43,396 bases of DNA from Candidatus Enterousia avistercoris (lineage in GTDB: Bacteria > Pseudomonadota > Alphaproteobacteria > Rs-D84). The notes beneath the pieces are model-generated. The model had not been told where the DNA came from, ran no database searches, and was given only the letters and a program-made list of their open reading frames with translations. The stretch spans positions 1 through 43,396 of the forward strand of contig JADINC010000049.1 in NCBI GenBank assembly GCA_017694255.1, given 5' to 3'. This document shows, in pieces, positions 36,392 through 43,396 of the stretch (position 1 is its first letter; each line of letters begins with the position of its first letter). The position numbers were made by a program, and so were the translations under genes.

Positions 36392-36423
36392 ATTAAAATC
36401 TGGGGATTGAATTTTTTACTGCC

Positions 36424-36783
36424 TTGGATTATAATACATTCGTACATAACATGGGGGCAAATATGCTGGAAGTAATAGTTGCATTTTTTATAATGTTTTT
36501 AATTGCGGCCGTTGCGGTTGCGATTATATCGATTCCAATTTTGATTGCGAATGCGCGTGGTATTTGCGGTGGGGAAAAGACTGCGATTGTTTTGTTGTCG
36601 ATTCTGGGCGTGTTTTTTGGAATAACGTGGTTTGTGGCATTAATACTGTCATTGGTATGGCACGCACAATGTCCTGCGGGTGATGATTTGGATAAATTGG
36701 AAAAGTTATCCAAATTGTACAAGGATAAAGTTATCACAAAATCCGAATACGAACGTATGAAATCAAAATTGTTGCGGGAATAA
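36424..36783 (+). CDS. small membrane protein: superinfection-immunity-like (Imm) TM domain plus C-terminal SHOCT domain
   Basis: IPILIANARG.....KTAIVLLSILGVFFGITWFVALILSLVW resembles the Imm_superinfect TM pattern. C-terminal LEKLSKLYKDKVITKSEYERMKSKLL is SHOCT-like. The exact start is uncertain (several Met within the first 15 codons). Confidence 0.55.
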   Translation: MDYNTFVHNMGANMLEVIVAFFIMFLIAAVAVAIISIPILIANARGICGGEKTAIVLLSILGVFFGITWFVALILSLVWHAQCPAGDDLDKLEKLSKLYKDKVITKSEYERMKSKLLRE

Positions 36784-36785
36784 AT

Positions 36786-36812
36786 AAAACGCCCGAATGG
36801 GCGTTTTATTTT
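36786..36812. terminator. bidirectional rho-independent terminator
   Basis: aaaacgccc-gaat-gggcgtttt followed by attttgttttt. Confidence 0.6.
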
Positions 36813-37039
36813 GTTTTTATATATTTATGAATTTTTAAAAACACATCACGTGCCCGTTTGAATTGTGTTGTGATTTTTTCTGAAATAGACGGCGCATTCA
36901 AAAATCTTTCTTCGCGCAGTTTGCTGTACAATGCTTTTTCTTGTTCATATTCGCGCAATATTTCGTTGCGTTGTTCATCGGTTTTTGCGGCCTTTAACCG
37001 GTCATCCAGCCATGGACTGAATATATCTTTTTGTGTCAT
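36806..37039 (-). CDS. small helical hypothetical protein downstream of the VirB11-like ATPase
   Basis: 77-aa charged, helix-prone ORF, 44 nt after the ATPase stop on the same strand. Confidence 0.4.
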   Translation of the reverse strand: MTQKDIFSPWLDDRLKAAKTDEQRNEILREYEQEKALYSKLREERFLNAPSISEKITTQFKRARDVFLKIHKYIKTK

Positions 37040-37083
37040 TTTTATACCTTTGTTTTATTTTTGTGTATTTTTGTGTAGGGGGA

Positions 37084-38043
37084 TTATACCACTTCTGTAA
37101 CCGCGCGCAAGGCCCCATCGCGTGATAATTGCACAACGCGAATTTTCTTTTTCATTTCGGCAATCAAATCCGTTCGGTCGTATGCCGGCTGGGTATGTAA
37201 AATGCGGTCAGCAAACGCAGCATAGGCCGCTTCGGCACTTTCGGCATGAATCGTCGTGTAAAAGTGGTCGTGTCCCGTCCCCAGCATTTCCCACAGCACC
37301 GCGGCATTATCCGTTGATATTTCGCCACCAATAATTACATCTGGCGTCATACGAACAACTAAATCCAATAATCGCGCATAGTTAAAGTCGTTTGTTTGTT
37401 CTGTGCGTGATAATATAAAATGCACATGGTTTGGTTGTGGAACCTGGATTTCGCGGGCGTCTTCGACCGTTATAACCCGACTGTTTTTATCAATCAGCGT
37501 CAGCATATGGTTTAAAAACGTTGTTTTTCCTGTTGCAGTTGCGCCACTAATTAAAATCGGACTGCCATCGTTTATGGCGGTCATCAGCCGGTCGTACGGA
37601 TCGTCCGGACGCACAGATTCGCGCGGTTTAACCTTTAACAATTTTTTTCCACGTGCCAAATGATAGTTTTCAAACGATGTATCTGGGGCCGATGTTCCGC
37701 GAATGTTCAAAGCCACCCCGCCTGTTATATCGCGGTCGTCATATTGCACATTTGGGCCCGCAATTGCCGTAAAACGATGATTGCCCGGCAATGTTGCATA
37801 TACCACAGGCATTCCATGCACGGGATCGAACGGCCGTTCATATATATTCGCAACCGTATGAATTAAATCAATCAAGTATTGTTTTGTCAGCACTGCGGCA
37901 TCATATGCCACCCATGGCACGCGCGCCCCGTGCAGGCGCATCCAAACCTGGCCCGCGTGATTTATGGCAATTTCTTCTACGAACGATGGTTTATAGAATT
38001 CCGCCAACGGCTTTAACAAAGATTCCAGAACTACATTTGTCAT
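37084..38043 (-). CDS. VirB11/TrbB-like secretion ATPase (T2SS/T4SS 'T2SSE' family), orphan
   Basis: Walker A ISGATATGKTTFLN. Asp box VITVEDAREI. Walker B/His box PDVIIGGEIS...LGTGHDHFYTTIHAES. ATG at 38043 is preferred over the TTG at 38079. Length of about 320 aa is typical of VirB11/TrbB. Confidence 0.7.
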   Translation of the reverse strand: MTNVVLESLLKPLAEFYKPSFVEEIAINHAGQVWMRLHGARVPWVAYDAAVLTKQYLIDLIHTVANIYERPFDPVHGMPVVYATLPGNHRFTAIAGPNVQYDDRDITGGVALNIRGTSAPDTSFENYHLARGKKLLKVKPRESVRPDDPYDRLMTAINDGSPILISGATATGKTTFLNHMLTLIDKNSRVITVEDAREIQVPQPNHVHFILSRTEQTNDFNYARLLDLVVRMTPDVIIGGEISTDNAAVLWEMLGTGHDHFYTTIHAESAEAAYAAFADRILHTQPAYDRTDLIAEMKKKIRVVQLSRDGALRAVTEVV

Positions 38044-38120
38044 CTGTTTAATTTTATCATAAATCCTGACTTGAATCAAAACGCTTTATTTGATAAAATT
38101 GAAAAAAAGAGAGAACGCCA

Positions 38121-38684
38121 ATGAAGAAATCTTTATTGCTAGCTATTTGTTCGGTCATTGCATTGGGGGCGTGTGCGACGGATTCTGATACACCGTATAA
38201 CACGACTGATTTTGCCACCGGTGGTGCAGATGCGCCACTGTATAACGAACGGACCAGTGATTTTATGCAGTCGGATAATCAATACGCAAACATTGATTCA
38301 TACAAGCCCAAGACTGATGCCGAAAAAGAGGCCAGCAACAACCGCTGGAACACGGCGCGCATGGAAACCCGCTGGCAGGAATATCGCGGCACTATGGTTC
38401 GTGTTCAAATATTGTTGGGAAATACCGATTTGCGTGAAATGCGTCTGCGTTTGGTTCAAAATGCTGATGGTATGGATATTGATGGTGATGCGCGCACCAT
38501 ATTGGCCAAGGTTGCTGACTATGAAATGAAGCGTGTCTGTGGTCGCAATGCGGACAGCATTGTTATGGTTTATGATCGTCCATCATTTGATGTAATGCGT
38601 CCGACACCGTATTTTGATTATCGTATAGAGGCCGAAGGTTCAACCATGCGTGAATATGGTTTCAGATGCGTTTATAATAATTAA
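38121..38684 (+). CDS. lipoprotein, unknown function
   Basis: Lipobox MKKSLLLAICSVIALGAC. 187 aa. Confidence 0.55.
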   Translation: MKKSLLLAICSVIALGACATDSDTPYNTTDFATGGADAPLYNERTSDFMQSDNQYANIDSYKPKTDAEKEASNNRWNTARMETRWQEYRGTMVRVQILLGNTDLREMRLRLVQNADGMDIDGDARTILAKVADYEMKRVCGRNADSIVMVYDRPSFDVMRPTPYFDYRIEAEGSTMREYGFRCVYNN

Positions 38685-38723
38685 ACAACAAACAAACTTA
38701 AAAAAACAAAAAAAGGGGAAAGT

Positions 38724-39059
38724 ATGAAAAAACTGATGTCTGTTATGGCGGTGTGTGGCACAGCATTTTTGGCGGCATGCGACAGCAATGTTGGCGCGCA
38801 AAATGGTGATACGGTCGTGATTGATTTTGCTGGATACAAAGATGGCGTTGCGTTTGCGGGCGGAACCGCGACCAATTTCCCACTGGTTTTGGGCAGTGGT
38901 CAATTTGTTCCGGGCTTTGAAGAACAGCTGGTCGGCATGGAAAAAGGCGAAACCCGTGATATTAACATAACATTCCCAGAAAACTATGTCCCAGAATTAG
39001 CGGGCCAGGATGTTGTTTTCACCGTAACAGTAAATGATATTGTTCGTCCAGAAAAATAA
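38724..39059 (+). CDS. FKBP-type peptidyl-prolyl isomerase domain (trigger-factor PPIase type) with lipoprotein signal
   Basis: Lipobox MKKLMSVMAVCGTAFLAAC. GDTVVIDFAGYKDGVAFAGGTATNFPLVLGSGQFVPGFEEQLVGMEKGETRDINITFPENY..ELAG..V.F.V.V..I is collinear with the trigger-factor PPIase domain (GD.V.IDF.G..DG..F.GG.....L.LGSG..IPGFE..L.G...GE). Confidence 0.7.
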   Translation: MKKLMSVMAVCGTAFLAACDSNVGAQNGDTVVIDFAGYKDGVAFAGGTATNFPLVLGSGQFVPGFEEQLVGMEKGETRDINITFPENYVPELAGQDVVFTVTVNDIVRPEK

Positions 39060-39076
39060 TGGTTGAAAAACACATG

Positions 39077-39105
39077 AAAAACCGGCAATTTGGCCGGTTT
39101 TTTTA
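39077..39105 (+). terminator. rho-independent terminator
   Basis: aaaaaccggc-aatttg-gccggttttttt. Confidence 0.65.
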
Positions 39106-39197
39106 TTTAATTGCGTTTTATAAATAAACACATTAACCTGGGAATATATGCTGAAACTAAACGGTGGTTTAGATTCGGCAAGAAAATGGGGGTAAAA

Positions 39198-40133
39198 ATG
39201 GCATTGCCAAATATATCAAAGGCACGAAGCTTCTGGGCAAAAACAATAACTTGTTGGATTCCGTTTAAAACCTGGCGCAAGGCTTTACGTGGTATTATTT
39301 TAATGGGAATTTGCAATTATATTCGGGTATTGCGCAACGATAAAAAAACGACTTTCCCGCACGAGTTAACAATTGCCGCCATCATGAAGAACGAAGGACC
39401 GTATTTAAAAGAATGGCTGGATTTTCATATTTTGGTTGGTGTAGAAAAATTTTATCTGTATGACAATGAATCAACCGACAATACACGCGACATATTGGCG
39501 CCGTATATAGCGCGCGGCATTGTTGAATATACATATTTCCCAGGCACAAAACAGCAAACACCGGCCTATATCGATGCGTTAAATCGTTTTGCAAATGATA
39601 CGCGTTGGATGGCTGTAATTGATTTGGACGAATTTATTGTCCCTGTTCATACGAAAACGATTACAGAACTGTTGTATACATTGCCGCGTAATTTTGGCGC
39701 GCTGGTTATAACATGGATGATGTACGGATCATCTGGCCATGTTCATGCCCCAGATGGTCTGGTTATTGAAAATTACAAATATCGCGCGAACAGCACCAGA
39801 AAATCTGGGTGCAAATCGATTGTTAATCCGCGTTTAGTTGTATCTTGGCATAATCCGCATATAAATGCGGTTGCGGGATTCCTGGTTGATGAAAATGGGC
39901 GTCATTTGGGGCGTATAGACCAGACTTATAACCCGCCATCGCACGATAAAATTCGTTGTAATCATTATGTTACAAAATCGTTTGATGAATTTCGAACGCG
40001 CTGTGCCAAGGGCAGTGCTGGCGGCAATACTGCCAAGAAAGCCTGGACCCGTGAAAAATTTGATGCCCTGGACACAAATGACATCTATGACAATATTATG
40101 GACAAATATGTTTCGCAATTAAAAGAACAATAA
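39198..40133 (+). CDS. glycosyltransferase (GT92 / Glyco_tranf_2_4-like)
   Basis: LTIAAIMKNEGPYLKEWLDFHILVGVEKFYLYDNESTDNT...DLDEF pattern. The start is uncertain: ATG 39198 preceded by gggggtaaaa, with alternatives at 39186 and 39111. Confidence 0.6.
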   Translation: MALPNISKARSFWAKTITCWIPFKTWRKALRGIILMGICNYIRVLRNDKKTTFPHELTIAAIMKNEGPYLKEWLDFHILVGVEKFYLYDNESTDNTRDILAPYIARGIVEYTYFPGTKQQTPAYIDALNRFANDTRWMAVIDLDEFIVPVHTKTITELLYTLPRNFGALVITWMMYGSSGHVHAPDGLVIENYKYRANSTRKSGCKSIVNPRLVVSWHNPHINAVAGFLVDENGRHLGRIDQTYNPPSHDKIRCNHYVTKSFDEFRTRCAKGSAGGNTAKKAWTREKFDALDTNDIYDNIMDKYVSQLKEQ

Positions 40134-40162
40134 AAAACGCCGCCGGTTTCCCGGCGGTGTTT
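40132..40162 (+). terminator. rho-independent terminator (short T-run)
   Basis: acgccgccgg-tttc-ccggcggtgt, a 10-bp stem followed by only ttt. Confidence 0.45.
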
Positions 40163-40164
40163 CC

Positions 40165-40310
40165 GAATGCCCCGAAAGGAAGGAAAGGAGAAAAAAGAAA
40201 TTGGGCATTCTAAACCAAGTTTTGGGGCCCAGAGTCCAGAGGAGAGAGAATGTAGGAGGGAGTCTGAATCCCTGAACCCCATGGGGCTTTCACCCCGTCG
40301 CCGGGGTGTT
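40165..40310. other. GC/purine-rich structured intergenic segment (candidate ncRNA or repeat)
   Basis: gaatgccc (40165-40172) pairs with gggcattc (40203-40210) around a 30-nt purine-only loop (cgaaaggaaggaaaggagaaaaaagaaatt). Hairpin caccccg-tcgc-cggggtg at 40291-40308. The TCACCCCGT[CG]GC motif is shared with the 24199 repeat. Confidence 0.25.
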
Positions 40311-40470
40311 CCCCCTTTGACGAATCGAAATGTAATACATTTTATTTAATTTGTCAAGTATTTTGTCAAAAATAATTTTTGTGTATATTTTTCTGTCGAT
40401 TTTTTGCTGGGTTTATAGGAAATCGTCCTTGTTGCGTGTGTATGGTTATGTGGAATAAAATCAATATCAG

Positions 40471-40501
40471 ACAGAATACTTATCTACAGATTGTATTCTG
40501 T
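40471..40501. promoter_or_regulatory. 9-bp inverted repeat (candidate operator) just upstream of the HTH gene RBS
   Basis: ACAGAATAC-13 nt-GTATTCTGT, ending 10 nt before the gggagagag RBS. Confidence 0.35.
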
Positions 40502-40525
40502 ATAAATAACAAGGGAGAGAGAAGC

Positions 40526-40771
40526 ATGACACATGATGATGTTTGGCGCGCAATAGAGCGCTTTGCCACAGAACACGGGATGTCTTGTTCGGGTTTGGCG
40601 AAATGCAGTGGTCTGGACCCAACGACATTTAATAAAAGCAAACGTTGGTCCAAAGAAGGCCAGCCACGTTGGCCATCAACCAACAGTATTTCAAAAATAT
40701 TATCGTCAACCGGTGCCAGTATCCAGGATTTTACCAAATTCATAGAACCACATGGCAAAGACCGGGAATGA
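40526..40771 (+). CDS. short HTH DNA-binding protein, paralog of 26920..27150
   Basis: ATG at 40526 after aagggagagagaagc. MTHDDVWRAIERFATEHGMSCSGLAKCSGLDPTTFNKSKRWSKEGQPRWPSTNSISKIL. Confidence 0.65.
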   Translation: MTHDDVWRAIERFATEHGMSCSGLAKCSGLDPTTFNKSKRWSKEGQPRWPSTNSISKILSSTGASIQDFTKFIEPHGKDRE

Positions 40772-40793
40772 TTGGATGCGTAAATCAGCGCGT

Positions 40794-40820
40794 AAAACCG
40801 CGGCGATGTCCGCGGTTTTT
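40794..40820 (+). terminator. rho-independent terminator
   Basis: aaaaccgcgg-cgatgt-ccgcggttttt. Confidence 0.6.
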
Positions 40821-40857
40821 ATTGGACAATTCTATGTTATTTTATTATTCTGGAACC

Positions 40858-41280
40858 ATGCTGGACGGTATAAAAATATTTTCATCAGATAGTGTATGGC
40901 GACAAATCTTGTCTGATTTTGGCGCGACGGTGCCAGATTCGCCTGATGGCGCGGATGTTAATTTTGATTTGTTGAATATACATCTGCCCGCGTCGGCATT
41001 GGATATAAAGACTGCAATCCAAGACGTGCTGGACGGTGATAGGTTGATAATTCGCAATATATTTGGGCATGATATTCATTTGCCTGCGATTCAGGCGCGC
41101 ATAGTAATAATGCTGTATAAATCTGGGGGCATGTCGGGTAATGATTTGCGTGTGGCACTGGGGTATGCGCCAGATGCGACAACGCACGTTGTTGATACCG
41201 CAATATACCAGCTGCGTCGAACATTCGGGCGCGAATTTATCCAGAATAACGGTGGAATATATAAAATTGGCAAATTATAA
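40858..41280 (+). CDS. stand-alone OmpR/PhoB-type winged-helix DNA-binding protein (no receiver domain)
   Basis: C-terminal AIQARIVIMLYKSGGMSGNDLRVALGYAPDATTHVVDTAIYQLRRTFG.EFIQNNGGIYKIG fits the trans_reg_C pattern. The start is uncertain: ATGs at 40858 or 40834 lie after the upstream terminator. Confidence 0.5.
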   Translation: MLDGIKIFSSDSVWRQILSDFGATVPDSPDGADVNFDLLNIHLPASALDIKTAIQDVLDGDRLIIRNIFGHDIHLPAIQARIVIMLYKSGGMSGNDLRVALGYAPDATTHVVDTAIYQLRRTFGREFIQNNGGIYKIGKL

Positions 41281-41932
41281 ACTGGTATCATTTGATAAAA
41301 TCCCCAGTACCCAGACATATGCATTGGGATTGGTGTCGCGTGGTGCGGCACACGATCATATGATTATTATGGCAAACGCGCAATCTGCGGGGCGGGGGCG
41401 GTATCGTCGTACATGGATTTCGCATCATGGTAATTTATACGCCAGTTTTATTTTCAGCGCGGACGAACGTGATCCGCGCTTGTCGTATGTTGCCGCGGTT
41501 GCGGTTGCAGATACGTTGTTGTCTTTTGGTGTGCATGCAAAGATAAAATGGCCAAATGACATTCTGATTGATGGGAAAAAGGTTTGCGGAATATTAATTG
41601 AATATGCGGGAAATTTTGTGATTGTTGGTATTGGAATAAATATCAAGACAAATCCCACAATACCTGAATACCCAACGACCAGGCTGGATAATTATGCACA
41701 TATTGACAGAAACAGTCTGTTAAATAAATTAATGCGCAATCTGGATCGGTGGCGTTGCACAGAATTTGCCAGCGTGCGTGCCCGTTGGATGGATATGGCG
41801 GCGGGGCTGAATCGCATGGTAAAGTATCGTGGTGATATGGTTGAATTAATCGGCATAAATGAAAATGGTGCGCTGGTATTGCGCGATAAAACGCGATATA
41901 TTTTGGCATACGGCGACGAAATCAGTATGTAA
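41252..41932 (+). CDS. birA: biotin--[acetyl-CoA-carboxylase] ligase (group I, no HTH)
   Basis: FDKIPSTQTYA, QSAGRGRYRRTWIS..GNLY.S, KWPNDILIDGKKVCGILIE. There is no in-frame ATG near the conserved N-terminus, so the start is GTG 41252 or TTG 41267, overlapping the end of the preceding gene. Confidence 0.7.
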   Translation: MEYIKLANYKLVSFDKIPSTQTYALGLVSRGAAHDHMIIMANAQSAGRGRYRRTWISHHGNLYASFIFSADERDPRLSYVAAVAVADTLLSFGVHAKIKWPNDILIDGKKVCGILIEYAGNFVIVGIGINIKTNPTIPEYPTTRLDNYAHIDRNSLLNKLMRNLDRWRCTEFASVRARWMDMAAGLNRMVKYRGDMVELIGINENGALVLRDKTRYILAYGDEISM

Positions 41933-42000
41933 AAATTATTTTCTTGACTTTTTATGCAAAATGTGATACTATTAGATGCGTAATAAAAATGAAAAATATG

Positions 42001-42055
42001 TCCGCGTTGTGCGGATTTTTATTTTTTTCGGGCCACATTATGTGGCCCGTTTTTA
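42001..42055 (+). terminator. tandem rho-independent terminators after birA
   Basis: tccgc-gttgt-gcgga plus tttttattttttt, then cgggccaca-tta-tgtggcccg plus ttttt. Confidence 0.6.
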
Positions 42056-42096
42056 TACAAAATAATCTGAGTTTTTTTCGTGGGGGGACAATTCGT

Positions 42097-42507
42097 ATGA
42101 ATTTAACATTAATAAAAAATCCAGATGAATCAAAATCTGTATTATATAAAATCGCCCGCATAGTATACGCAGAAACGCATGCCGTATCATTGCATTCTGT
42201 GGAAGCGTTAACATCGATGATTGCGAACAATGCGCGCGTATATGGACGGGAATATTCAGACATTGTATCAGACAATGATTTATTTGAAGTATTAACCCCC
42301 GAAAGCAAAAATCACAACTTATTATCAGTCAATGTTTCTGATGAAAAATTTCAAATGTGTCTGCGTGTGGTGACCCGCATGTTGCATGGCGCACTAGATG
42401 ATTGCTGTAATGGTGCTACGCGATTTCATCATGCTGATGAAATTCCGCAATGGGCGACATCACGCGGCTATATCGCAGATATAGACGGCATATTGTTTTA
42501 CTTGTAA
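42097..42507 (+). CDS. cell-wall hydrolase (SleB/CwlJ 'Hydrolase_2' family, phage-type)
   Basis: ATG at 42097 after gggggga. IARIVYAETHA....VEALTSMIANN...and ..GATRFHHADEIPQWA......IADIDGILFY match the Hydrolase_2 pattern (..YgEar.e...AVa.Vi.NR....A..fH....P.Wa....IG.H.FY). Confidence 0.65.
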   Translation: MNLTLIKNPDESKSVLYKIARIVYAETHAVSLHSVEALTSMIANNARVYGREYSDIVSDNDLFEVLTPESKNHNLLSVNVSDEKFQMCLRVVTRMLHGALDDCCNGATRFHHADEIPQWATSRGYIADIDGILFYL

Positions 42508-42523
42508 ACATGGATATTAAGTT

Positions 42524-42748
42524 ATGCGAAAAATTATCAGTGGCGGTTTTATGGCCGGGCACAGAACATACGTTATTTCAGGCATTGGTATTTTATCTGC
42601 TGTTGGCGCGTATTTAGTTGGCGATACAGATATATTTACAATGTTGCAATCTGTTTTTACATTTGGCGGAATTTATTTCTTGCGCAAATCCAGCGAAACC
42701 AAAGGAAAAAAATATGAAAAACGTCCCAGAAAAATTTCTGAACAATGA
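42524..42748 (+). CDS. possible small membrane protein (holin-like position)
   Basis: One clear TM helix YVISGIGILSAVGAYLVG, a second hydrophobic stretch, and a basic tail. No good RBS. Its 3' end overlaps the next gene by 35 nt. Confidence 0.3.
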   Translation: MRKIISGGFMAGHRTYVISGIGILSAVGAYLVGDTDIFTMLQSVFTFGGIYFLRKSSETKGKKYEKRPRKISEQ

Positions 42749-43370
42749 TGGAACATTAAATACAGATGCATTATTAAAATCATATTGTGAATTAGAAAAG
42801 AAAATCAGCAGCATGGTTTCTGTTCCAGGTGCAGATGCTGATACAGACACAGTAAAAAAATTTAATCGTGCAATTGGTGTTCCAGATTCTGCATCAGAAT
42901 ATCCAACGAATCGTTTGTTTGATGATGATGAATTACGTGAAAAATTTTTAGAAATCGGTCTGACATCAACCCAGGTTGAAAAAATTTATAACATTGCAGA
43001 AGAATTTTTATCACCTGTGTTAAATGATTTGTTTGATGTAAAAAATGAAACAAATGCAATTGCAGAATTAAAAAATTTTTTCGGCAGCACCGAAAAAATG
43101 AACGAAGCATTGCGTGCAATAAATACATTCGGACAAAAGTATTTGCCGCGCGATGCATTTGATGCGTTGTGCGCTACACCCCAGGGAATCTGTGGGGTTT
43201 ATCAGATGATGCAAACAATGGAACCATCGATTCGCATTGATGACGATGACGCAAAAAATTTATCTGATACCCAGTTGCGTCAAATGATGCGTGATCCAAA
43301 ATATTGGCGTGATTATGATCCAGAATATGTTCGTAAAATAGAAAACGGATTTAAAAAATTATATTCGTAA
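42714..43370 (+). CDS. phage head scaffolding-like protein
   Basis: ATG at 42714 after aaaggaaaaaaat. MKNVPEKFLNNDGTLNTDALLKSYCELEKKI... and C-terminal ..MRDPKYWRDYDPEYVRKIENGFKKLY resemble, from memory, scaffold/assembly proteins of tailed phages. Acidic and helical. Confidence 0.45.
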   Translation: MKNVPEKFLNNDGTLNTDALLKSYCELEKKISSMVSVPGADADTDTVKKFNRAIGVPDSASEYPTNRLFDDDELREKFLEIGLTSTQVEKIYNIAEEFLSPVLNDLFDVKNETNAIAELKNFFGSTEKMNEALRAINTFGQKYLPRDAFDALCATPQGICGVYQMMQTMEPSIRIDDDDAKNLSDTQLRQMMRDPKYWRDYDPEYVRKIENGFKKLYS

Positions 43371-43396
43371 TGAAAAAAATGCACTTTCTTCTTTAC

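Overview
AT-rich (about 40% GC by eye, not computed) chromosomal window from a Gram-negative bacterium. Gene content and synteny look alphaproteobacterial (lptE-holA, zauP-like/zapA, parC, S24-type HTH N-termini); this is inference only. I call about 50 protein genes, 3 tRNAs (Leu-UAG, Glu-UUC, Asp-GUC), and rpmG, which is below the ORF-track length cutoff. Housekeeping genes: nudix, tag, ogt, nrdDG, acyl-CoA ligase, lptE, holA, map, radC, zapA, parC, gap, miaA, priA, birA. Accessory content is interleaved with these. (1) The class III ribonucleotide reductase has its glycyl-radical tail encoded as a separate 61-aa gene between nrdD and nrdG, with NrdR boxes upstream. (2) A Slam-like (DUF560) outer-membrane translocon is operonic with one TbpB/HpuA-like surface lipoprotein and divergent from a second, paralogous one. 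(3) Two paralogous proteins sharing an uncharacterised 'RAWRNNNPG' C-terminal domain bracket the zauP/zapA genes, next to an acidic disordered protein ending in an FtsZ C-terminal-peptide-like motif. (4) Four short GC-rich, hairpin-dense non-coding islands sit in AT-rich DNA. One lies between roughly 46-nt direct repeats that duplicate the 3' end of tRNA-Asp plus its terminator. Another is a cluster of GTCAYCCCG palindromic repeats. (5) Smaller items are an orphan VirB11-like ATPase, a lipoprotein-anchored trigger-factor-type FKBP domain, a J-domain/MORN-like repeat protein, a cysteine-rich exported protein, and a phage-like hydrolase/scaffold module at the right edge. No CRISPR array, integrase, transposase or rRNA is visible. 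All family calls rest on motifs read by eye from the translations; no searches or alignments were run.
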